NCBI GenBank assembly: GCA_045561295.1
Contig: JBJKYD010000014.1
Coordinates: forward strand, 1 to 58,307
Source: Gammaproteobacteria bacterium
Lineage (GTDB): Bacteria; Pseudomonadota; Gammaproteobacteria; GCA-002705445; GCA-002716945
Direction of reading: 5' to 3'
DNA: 58,307 nt
Shown here: in pieces, positions 50,827-58,307 of the stretch
How positions within the stretch are numbered: the first letter of the stretch is position 1
How the letters are laid out: the number at the start of each line of letters is the position of its first letter
Made by a program: the position numbers and the translations under genes
Notes under the pieces: model-generated
What the model saw: the letters and a program-made list of their open reading frames with translations, nothing else
Databases searched by the model: none
What the model was told of the DNA's origin: nothing

Positions 50827-51573
50827 ATTATCTTTTGGCAATTTGCATACAGGTATCGGGTTCATTTTATGAACATTATTTTTTCTTATAATTTCATATT
50901 TCTCACGATTCATTGAATCAGAATTTATCATTGCTTCTTCTAACTCATCATATGAGAGACCTAACTGTTTTTCATCTGTTCTGTCATCATCCCATAAACC
51001 ATCCGTAGGTTCAGCATCAATTATTCTTTGATCAATTTCTAATGTTTTTGATAATTCTTTAACTTCAGATTTCATTAAATCTGCTATTGGAGATATATCA
51101 ACACCACCGTCGCCATATTTCGTATAGAAGCCCACGCCGAAGTCTTCAACTTTATTTCCTGTACCTACGACAATTCCATTTTGAGAAGAAGCAACTTGAT
51201 ATAATGTCATCATACGAAGTCTAGCTTTTGAATTTGCAAAACCTAGTTCAGATGATTGTTCCATATCACTTAATCTTGAATGAAATACTTTGTAAGAATC
51301 TGTTAAATCAATATTTATATAAGTGGTATTTATAAACCTATCTCTTAACCATTTGCCATGAATACGTCCTAAATCAGAGGGATTTTGACTAGTAGATATA
51401 GGCATAGATATAGCTATAGTTTTAATACCAGTTAGAGAGGACAATGTACTAGAAAGTGCAGAATCTATGCCTCCTGAAATTCCAACTACAAGAGATTGTG
51501 CTGGATTCTCCATGGCATTGACATAGTTTTTAATCCATTTGGAAATATAATCAATTTTTTTTGTATTATTCAT
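50818..51573 (-). CDS. nadE: NH3-dependent NAD+ synthetase (no glutaminase domain)
   Basis: SGGIDS, NSKARLRM, GTGN, FYTKYGDGG, PTDGLW, DEKQLG. Confidence 0.95.
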   Translation of the reverse strand: MNNTKKIDYISKWIKNYVNAMENPAQSLVVGISGGIDSALSSTLSSLTGIKTIAISMPISTSQNPSDLGRIHGKWLRDRFINTTYINIDLTDSYKVFHSRLSDMEQSSELGFANSKARLRMMTLYQVASSQNGIVVGTGNKVEDFGVGFYTKYGDGGVDISPIADLMKSEVKELSKTLEIDQRIIDAEPTDGLWDDDRTDEKQLGLSYDELEEAMINSDSMNREKYEIIRKNNVHKMNPIPVCKLPKDNLE

Positions 51574-51622
51574 TATTGTTTTATTCAATATCACTTATTT
51601 ATGTGGAATAATTTCAAAACGT

Positions 51623-51811
51623 ATGAAATTCATAATCATTATTATAACTTTGGTTGCCCTCTATTTCATAGTTAAAATTGCTAAGAGTACAAAAGAAAAA
51701 ACAAAAAATACTAATAATATGATACTGTGTAAAAAGTGTGGTTATCATGTGCCGATAAATGAAATATGCGGTACAAAAAAAGAGATAGATATGTGCCCTA
51801 ATAGAAAATGA
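51623..51811 (+). CDS. Small TM-anchored Cys-motif protein (PP0621-like)
   Basis: Hydrophobic N-terminus, MILCKKCGYHVP...C...C; divergent from nadE. Confidence 0.65.
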   Translation: MKFIIIIITLVALYFIVKIAKSTKEKTKNTNNMILCKKCGYHVPINEICGTKKEIDMCPNRK

Positions 51812-51888
51812 AAGAAAGACAGCCCCTCCTTTTAACTCTGTTATTCATAATGCTATTTGGCATTGGACTAACATTATTATTTAAATAA
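51808..51888 (+). CDS. Putative 26-aa single-TM peptide, absent from the ORF track
   Basis: MKERQPLLLTLLFIMLFGIGLTLLFK; ATGA overlap with the upstream stop and TAATG overlap with the coaE start. Confidence 0.55.
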   Translation: MKERQPLLLTLLFIMLFGIGLTLLFK

Positions 51889-52448
51889 TGAATTACATAG
51901 TAACTGGACCTATCTGCTCTGGCAAAAGTACTCTTTTAAAGATTGCCGAAGAGTTTGGTTTTAAAACTATGAGGTCGGATGATCTAGTGTCAGATCTTTA
52001 TGATGATGAAGATGTAATCTCTAAACTTATGAGGGTTTTTGATGAGCATAAGTTTGAACCATCTCCTAAAGAGACTATTAAATACCTTTTTTTTGAATCG
52101 TACTCAAACAGAAAAGAAATAGAGAATATTTTTCATCCTAAAGTGCATGAAATAATAAAAAAAGAGTTACTATCTAATAATAATATGCTTATAGAACTGC
52201 CTCCATTGAAAAGTAATGTTAGTTTTATAAAAAATAATAAGTCAATTTTTATAAACTCTGATAACAAAACAAGATGTGAGAGATTTATAGAGAGAAATGG
52301 TACAGATTCTATCGATATTTTTCATAAGATGAATGAGTATCAAACTGATTGTTTGTTAATCAAATCATACTGTGACATCATTATACAGAATAACAAAAAC
52401 AAAGATATCATTACTGATTACTTTTATAAAGATATTATTAAATCATGA
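51888..52448 (+). CDS. coaE: Dephospho-CoA kinase (divergent)
   Basis: TGPICSGKST P-loop, IENIFHP, DIIIQN; upstream of zapD. Confidence 0.85.
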   Translation: MNYIVTGPICSGKSTLLKIAEEFGFKTMRSDDLVSDLYDDEDVISKLMRVFDEHKFEPSPKETIKYLFFESYSNRKEIENIFHPKVHEIIKKELLSNNNMLIELPPLKSNVSFIKNNKSIFINSDNKTRCERFIERNGTDSIDIFHKMNEYQTDCLLIKSYCDIIIQNNKNKDIITDYFYKDIIKS

Positions 52449-53206
52449 ATAATCTATCTGATTCGCATGCAGCAATATATGAAGAACCTGTTGATGAAAG
52501 GATAAGAAAATTTTTGAAACTAGAAAATTATTTTCTCAAGCTAAAGTATTATAAAGAACGTGATACTGCCTATGATTCATACGTAGCTCTCTATAACCTC
52601 ATTATGATATATAATACTCTATCTCGTGTTGAGGTAAAAAGTGAACTTATTCGAGAAATCGATTTTCATAAGCAAAGATATAGCGAATATATAAAAATAG
52701 ATAGCTCAGATAAGATTAAATTAAATTCAATAATGGAAAAACAAAATGTTATTTTAAATGACTTATATAATCTAAAATCTAACTATTTAAATGATCTAAA
52801 TAATGATGAATTCTTCCAGTTTTGCGTTAAGCATTACAATAGTTTAAATACTGAAATAGATTACTGGTTAACAAGAGATCACGCTATAAGGTTAAATCAA
52901 ATTGATCTATGGTTAGAGATTATTAAACCAATAGAAAGTTCGGTATATTTTTGTTTAGATATTTTAAGAAGAAGTTCGGAAACAACTGAGATTTGTGCTG
53001 AGAGTGGTTTCCATCTTATAAAATTAAGCCCAGAAAAGAAAATAAGATTATTAAGAATAACAATGCAATCAGATAATTATTATTTCCCTCAAATAAGTTT
53101 GGGGCCTCAAAGAGCAACAATTTCATTTATACTATTGAACGAAAATAATAGATATGTTCGAATCAAGGAAAACATAATATTTGTATTAGACCTGTGTTAT
53201 ATTTAG
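52445..53206 (+). CDS. zapD: Cell division protein ZapD
   Basis: YEEPVDERIRKFLKLE, EVKSELIRE, LLRI, YFPQIS; follows coaE. Confidence 0.85.
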   Translation: MNNLSDSHAAIYEEPVDERIRKFLKLENYFLKLKYYKERDTAYDSYVALYNLIMIYNTLSRVEVKSELIREIDFHKQRYSEYIKIDSSDKIKLNSIMEKQNVILNDLYNLKSNYLNDLNNDEFFQFCVKHYNSLNTEIDYWLTRDHAIRLNQIDLWLEIIKPIESSVYFCLDILRRSSETTEICAESGFHLIKLSPEKKIRLLRITMQSDNYYFPQISLGPQRATISFILLNENNRYVRIKENIIFVLDLCYI

Positions 53207-54103
53207 TTATATCTTGCTAATACCGGCTATACCAAATCCATTGTTCTTAATACATTGCTCATAATTCTCAGTTACAGAAGATAGACCTCCGAGAGCATAT
53301 GTTGGTAAGTATGAATGTTTGCTCAGTTTGGAATATCCTGACCAATTCAATATAGGATAATCATTATGTGAACTTAATACAGGAGATACTAATACGAAGT
53401 CAAAAAGTTTAGTATTACACAATTCTATATCTGCTAAAGTGTGACAAGAAGCTGAATATGTGATGAAAGATTCTTTTTTGTCTGGATTAAATTTATACAG
53501 ATCATTACTAGCAAAATGTACACCATGATAATGTTCCTTCCAATTGAGATTATGAGGATAATCAATGATGATATTACCTGAATATTTCTGAGAAATGAGC
53601 TCACTTTTTATATTATTCTTATAGAAATCATAACTTATGTCCCTGAGTCTCAAAGATGTAAGATATGTTGTATCAAGTTTATTCTTATTAAAATCATCAA
53701 CAGTAACGATTTTCAACAAACGAGGTAACTTGAGTAAATTAATTATTCTATTGTGAGTAGGTAATATTTTATGGCTATAGTTTACATCATAGTTGATAAT
53801 ATCGCGGCCTTCATTAGAATAAATTTCTCCATCATATTTAAATATCTTAAAGACATTAATTATAATCAATAAATCATTATAAAGATGTTTTAATGTGCCT
53901 ATGAACTTGTATTTCTTTAAATTTATATTAAGTTCCTCCTTAATCTCTCTTACAAGACAAATAGATGGAGTTTCTTTTTTAATCAACTTGCCTCCTGGAA
54001 ATTCAATATAATCTTTATAATGATTATTATCTCTGCGTAGGCATATGTAAGATGAACCATTCTGTATAAGTGCAACAGAAATAGTAATCTTTTTATGATG
54101 CAT
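53207..54103 (-). CDS. MutT-type Nudix hydrolase fused to a degenerate ThiE/TenI-like domain
   Basis: EFPGGK...E...REIKEELNI; ASCH, VSPV, YALGG, GIAGI. Confidence 0.88.
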   Translation of the reverse strand: MHHKKITISVALIQNGSSYICLRRDNNHYKDYIEFPGGKLIKKETPSICLVREIKEELNINLKKYKFIGTLKHLYNDLLIIINVFKIFKYDGEIYSNEGRDIINYDVNYSHKILPTHNRIINLLKLPRLLKIVTVDDFNKNKLDTTYLTSLRLRDISYDFYKNNIKSELISQKYSGNIIIDYPHNLNWKEHYHGVHFASNDLYKFNPDKKESFITYSASCHTLADIELCNTKLFDFVLVSPVLSSHNDYPILNWSGYSKLSKHSYLPTYALGGLSSVTENYEQCIKNNGFGIAGISKI

Positions 54104-55263
54104 TATGTGGTGTATGCAGAATTAATATGTACATATTCATGGCTCAAATCTGAGAAGTAAATAGTTTGCATCTCTTTCCCAGAATTTAAATCTAGTGTGA
54201 TTTCAATATTATTTTTTTTCATAGAGTTGGCTAATCTCTTTGAGCCTGAATCCGTTGGAGTACCATTATCAAAACATAATATTTTATTTATAAATAGTTT
54301 TACTTTTACTACATTAAAAGCATTTTTATTGATAGAACCTAAACTTGCAATAATTCTTCCCCAGTTAGGATCTTCACCATACATTGCTGTTTTTACAAGT
54401 AATGAATTAGAAATTTTTCTTGAAATTTCTTGTGCAAGTGTCTTTGTTTTTGCATTACAAATATTTAGTTTAATTATTTTTGTTGCCCCCTCACCATCTT
54501 TAATGATTTTTGATGATAGTTGTATAAAAAAGTCAGCTGCATATTCTAGAAGTTTTTTTTCATTTTTTTTATTTTTTAAATCAATATTAATAAGATTGGT
54601 GGATGTAAATGCTACGCAATCATTCGTAGACATATCTCCATCGACAGAAATAGCATTGAAAGATAAATTTGCACAATAATTAAGATATTTTTTTAGATTA
54701 CTTTTATTTATAGATACATTGGTTTCTATAAATGCAAGCATTGTGGCCATGTTTGGTTCAATCATACCAGCACCTTTACATAAACCAGAAAATATGACTT
54801 TCTTTGATCCAATTTTATATTCTTTAGATAAATACTTTGGATGATTATCTGTAGTCATTACTGAACATGCCGCATCCTTTAGAGAAGAGTATTTATTAAA
54901 TGTATTTTTTATAATTGATGCTTCAATATCATCAATTGGCAGTTGTCTGCCAATGATGCCTGTTGACATAATAATAATTTCATTTGAATTACATTTTAAT
55001 CTTTTTGCTAGAAGATTTAATATTCTTTTTGTATTAGTAAGTCCCTCTTTACCTGTGCATGCATTAGCATTACCCGAATTAATAAATATATATTTTGGAT
55101 TAGACTTTATAATATTCTGTTTTGATATGATTACTGGTGCTGCAGCAAATTTATTTAAGGTAAAGATAAGTGCAGTAGTGCTTGCCTTAAATAAACATAT
55201 TAATAATCCATCAGTTTTATTTTTCTTTATCCCAAGTTTGAGCGTAATTAATTTTGATTTCAT
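54103..55263 (-). CDS. argJ: Ornithine acetyltransferase ArgJ
   Basis: NSGNANACTG, MTTD, KGAGMIEPNMATML, DGEGATK, DPNWGR. Confidence 0.96.
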   Translation of the reverse strand: MKSKLITLKLGIKKNKTDGLLICLFKASTTALIFTLNKFAAAPVIISKQNIIKSNPKYIFINSGNANACTGKEGLTNTKRILNLLAKRLKCNSNEIIIMSTGIIGRQLPIDDIEASIIKNTFNKYSSLKDAACSVMTTDNHPKYLSKEYKIGSKKVIFSGLCKGAGMIEPNMATMLAFIETNVSINKSNLKKYLNYCANLSFNAISVDGDMSTNDCVAFTSTNLINIDLKNKKNEKKLLEYAADFFIQLSSKIIKDGEGATKIIKLNICNAKTKTLAQEISRKISNSLLVKTAMYGEDPNWGRIIASLGSINKNAFNVVKVKLFINKILCFDNGTPTDSGSKRLANSMKKNNIEITLDLNSGKEMQTIYFSDLSHEYVHINSAYTT

Positions 55264-57854
55264 GCTAGTTTCCCACAACATTGTTTAAATTTCATATTAG
55301 ATACAGGACATCGTTTATTTCTAGGTATATCACTCTCATTTGTATTTAATAAGCATCTTGGATCATCAACTTTTTTCAATTTTTTTTGCTCTGTTAATTT
55401 ATTTTCAGGTTTTGTATTATAGTTATCAATTTTGATTCTGCAACAAATCTTTAAAATCTCCTTACTAATATCCATTAGAATAAGATTAAACATTTCAAAT
55501 GATTCTCTTTTGTATTCATTTTTTGGATTTTTTTGAGCGTACCCTCTCAAACCAATGGATTGTCTTAGGTAGTCCATGGAACTAAGATGATTTCTATATT
55601 CTTCGTCTATAACTGCTAAGCATATATTTACTATCAAACTATTATATTCATCTGATGGTATGTTTCGTGTATTCTCTTTAATCTTATTAAGTAATAAAGA
55701 TTTAAAATTATTTTTAAAAATCTCTATGTTGAAAACATTATCCTTAATAAAATCATCAAGATTTATGTCAATTAGAAAATCTTTTTTTAATAATTCATTA
55801 AAAGCTGATAATTGTTTATCCATAGAATTCAACTCAACATTATGAGTATCTGTAAAATCTAAAGTATAGTTTGATATAATATTATCTAATAGAATGTTAG
55901 CTTCATTATTTAAAATAAAATTTCTCTGTTGGTAAATAAGTTTTCTTTGTTCATTAGAAATATCGTCGTATTCTAATAATGTCTTACGTATATCAAAATT
56001 ATGTGCCTCAACTCTTCGCTGTGCATTCTCGATAGATTTGGACACCCACTTGTGCTCTATAGCCTCGCCATCTTGCATGCCAAGTTTTTTCATTATTTCT
56101 GAGACTTTATCAGATGCAAAAATACGCATTAAATTATCTTCAAGCGATAAAAAAAATCTGGATACGCCAGGATCCCCTTGTCTTCCAGACCTTCCTCTTA
56201 ATTGATTATCAATTCTTCTAGATTCGTGCCGTTCAGTACCTAAAACATATAAACCGCCTAGTGATTTTACTTTTTTATTGTTTATCGACCATGCCTCATC
56301 CTCATTACTAAGCCTTTTCCCTCCCAATACAATATCTGTTCCTCTTCCAGCCATATTGGTTGCTATGGTGATTGAATTTAAAGCTCCAGCATCTTCTATT
56401 ATTTCGGCTTCTTTTTGATGATATTTTGCATTTAAGACATTATGTTTGATTTTATTTTTTTTTAAAGCTTTTGATATATTTTCCGATGAATCAACTGATG
56501 TTGTTCCTACAAGTATTGGTTGCCCCGTCTTGTTAATATCTATGATTTCTTTCAATATGTGATTATATTTCTCTTCTTCAGTTAAAAAAACTAGGTCTAC
56601 CTTATCTTCTCTTATTAGTTTCCTATTTGGTGGGATTTGGATTACCTCAAGGTTATAAATTTGATGAAATTCCTCAGCTTCCGTATCAGCAGTACCTGTC
56701 ATACCACAAATTTTATTGAACATTCTGAAATAATTTTGAAATGTAATCGATGCATACGTCTGATTTTCTTGTTTTATAGAAACATTCTCCTTAGCTTCAA
56801 TAGACTGGTGTAATCCTTCTGACCATCTTCTTCCTGGCATCTTTCTCCCAGTAAACTCATCAATAATTACAATTTCATTATTTTCAACTACGTAATCAAT
56901 ATCTTTTTTATATATGAGGTGTGCTTTTAGCGCAGAATCTATATGACTAAATAATTGAATATTATTAGTATTATAGATATCACCAGCTGATTCAATTAGA
57001 TTATTATTAAGTAATATTTTTTCAATAAGTGATTGTCCATGTTCTGTTAATGAAACAGATTTTTGTTTCTCCTCTATGGAGAATAAGTCGTCATTTTTTT
57101 CTGCCAAAAAGATTTTTATTATCTTATTGATTTTAGCATATGTATTATTAACTTTATTATTAGAGCCAGATATAATTAATGGTGTTCGTGCCTCATCAAT
57201 TAAAACAGAGTCGACCTCGTCGATTATTGCATAATTTAATAGAGATTGGTTTTTCTCATTGTTATCAAAAGCCATGTTATCTCTTAAATAATCAAATCCA
57301 AATTCATTATTTGTACCGTAGACGATATTATATTTGTATATTTCTTTTCTGTTTGACGGAGGTACAGTACTGTTTATATATCCAACGGAAAGGCCTAAAA
57401 ATTCATAAATTACTCCCATCCATTTAGAATCTCTTTCTGCAAGGTAGTCGTTTACGGTAACTATAAATACAGGATTCCCAGTAAGAGAGTTTAAATAAGC
57501 TGGTAATGTACTCACTAAAGTTTTTCCCTCACCGGTTTTCATCTCACTAATCTTTCCATGATGCAAAGCTATACCGCCCATTAACTGTTCATCAAAGTGA
57601 CGCATTCCTAAGGTTCGTTTCGAAGCCTCTCTAACTACCGCAAATGCTTCTGTTAAAAGTTCGTCAATATTTTTAGATTTTTTATATTTTTCTTGTAAAT
57701 AATTTGTAATATCTTTTAATTCATCATCAGACTTTTTTTCATACAAAGACTCTAAATCATTAATAGCCTTAATGTATACAGCATATTCTTTGATGATTCT
57801 GGAGTTTCTACTACCAAATATTTTTTTTAGGAATTTACCAATCATATTTTTCAC
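55260..57854 (-). CDS. secA: Preprotein translocase SecA (start GTG 57854 or ATG 57845)
   Basis: MKTGEGKT, DEVDSVLIDEARTPLIISG, TNMAGRGTDI, QLRGRSGRQGDPG. Confidence 0.98.
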   Translation of the reverse strand: MKNMIGKFLKKIFGSRNSRIIKEYAVYIKAINDLESLYEKKSDDELKDITNYLQEKYKKSKNIDELLTEAFAVVREASKRTLGMRHFDEQLMGGIALHHGKISEMKTGEGKTLVSTLPAYLNSLTGNPVFIVTVNDYLAERDSKWMGVIYEFLGLSVGYINSTVPPSNRKEIYKYNIVYGTNNEFGFDYLRDNMAFDNNEKNQSLLNYAIIDEVDSVLIDEARTPLIISGSNNKVNNTYAKINKIIKIFLAEKNDDLFSIEEKQKSVSLTEHGQSLIEKILLNNNLIESAGDIYNTNNIQLFSHIDSALKAHLIYKKDIDYVVENNEIVIIDEFTGRKMPGRRWSEGLHQSIEAKENVSIKQENQTYASITFQNYFRMFNKICGMTGTADTEAEEFHQIYNLEVIQIPPNRKLIREDKVDLVFLTEEEKYNHILKEIIDINKTGQPILVGTTSVDSSENISKALKKNKIKHNVLNAKYHQKEAEIIEDAGALNSITIATNMAGRGTDIVLGGKRLSNEDEAWSINNKKVKSLGGLYVLGTERHESRRIDNQLRGRSGRQGDPGVSRFFLSLEDNLMRIFASDKVSEIMKKLGMQDGEAIEHKWVSKSIENAQRRVEAHNFDIRKTLLEYDDISNEQRKLIYQQRNFILNNEANILLDNIISNYTLDFTDTHNVELNSMDKQLSAFNELLKKDFLIDINLDDFIKDNVFNIEIFKNNFKSLLLNKIKENTRNIPSDEYNSLIVNICLAVIDEEYRNHLSSMDYLRQSIGLRGYAQKNPKNEYKRESFEMFNLILMDISKEILKICCRIKIDNYNTKPENKLTEQKKLKKVDDPRCLLNTNESDIPRNKRCPVSNMKFKQCCGKLA

Positions 57855-57894
57855 ATATAGAAATATGGTTTATCATACAATAAATAGAAGCTAT

Positions 57895-58179
57895 ATGAAA
57901 AAGATATCGAATTTTATACCTGATAAAGTAATTAAGAAGAAGGAGACTATTGATAAGTTCAACTCATTGCTCAAAAATAATGTTGATCCTAATATTAGTT
58001 CAAAGATTAATGTTATCAACTATTCGGACACATCTATCACATTAGAATGCGATGACAGTTCCATCAGTAGTATTATTAAATTTGAGAGTGAAAAGTATGT
58101 CCAAATATTTAAAGATCACGGAATGTATAATATAAGAGATATTAAGGTGAAGCTTATACAGTTTCAGCGTTCTGAGTAA
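57895..58179 (+). CDS. Probable DciA/DUF721 family protein
   Basis: 94-aa ORF from ATG 57895, divergent from secA and convergent on lpxC (usual dciA position); weak motif support. Confidence 0.5.
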   Translation: MKKISNFIPDKVIKKKETIDKFNSLLKNNVDPNISSKINVINYSDTSITLECDDSSISSIIKFESEKYVQIFKDHGMYNIRDIKVKLIQFQRSE

Positions 58180-58307
58180 ACAATATAGGAGACTTACTCT
58201 CATCCTCGATGATGACCTCCTCCCAGGCGCTCTCATTATTAATTAATTCTCTAAGCAACAAATTATTTAGATTATGCCCAGATTTAAAAGCAGAAAAAGA
58301 TCCAATT
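58154..58307 (-). CDS. lpxC: LpxC deacetylase, C-terminal part (5' end off window)
   Basis: Manual translation IGSFSAFKSGHNLNNLLLRELINNESAWEEV...ETV*; KSGH motif; position next to dciA-secA. Confidence 0.88.
   Translation of the reverse strand, partial: IGSFSAFKSGHNLNNLLLRELINNESAWEEVIIEDESKSPILFTQNAETV

Noticed and set aside
53207-54103. Nudix-ThiE fusion as a novelty
   Set aside because: Known architecture at the secA-argJ locus in many proteobacteria
56450-56470. Other long A/T runs (secA, hom) as phase-variation sites
   Set aside because: In frame, encode Lys runs expected in AT-rich DNA, and truncation would only destroy the protein

Overview
AT-rich (about 30% GC by eye), tightly packed chromosomal segment of a streamlined, probably marine gammaproteobacterium. 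It is mostly housekeeping genes in recognisable ancestral order, with many usual neighbours missing: rpoE/nadB, orn, recR-ybaB-dnaX, serS, ftsK, trxB, hom-thrC, surE-pcm, trpS-scpAB-rluB, ilvIHC-pssA-leuA, aspS-nadA-yebC-ruvC-queEC, rluD/bamD, nadE, coaE-zapD, argJ-secA, lpxC. Three tRNA genes are present (Ser-GGA, Ser-TGA, Lys-TTT). The most notable part is a compact sulfur-oxidation neighbourhood: tusA, soxXYZA with no soxB/CD/K in the window, an unknown lipoprotein, a secreted Ser-Asp-His hydrolase whose only usable start codons lie inside or upstream of tRNA-Lys, and a YeeE/YedE transporter. Other points: three +1 frameshifts in the first 2.8 kb, an A10 slippage candidate in dnaX, two unannotated small membrane proteins, a hairpin-less RND adaptor, a rearranged SecA metal-binding tail, and a four-gene islet beside tRNA-Ser. 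No CRISPR array, integrase, transposase or prophage was seen. All family assignments come from motif recognition; no database search was run.
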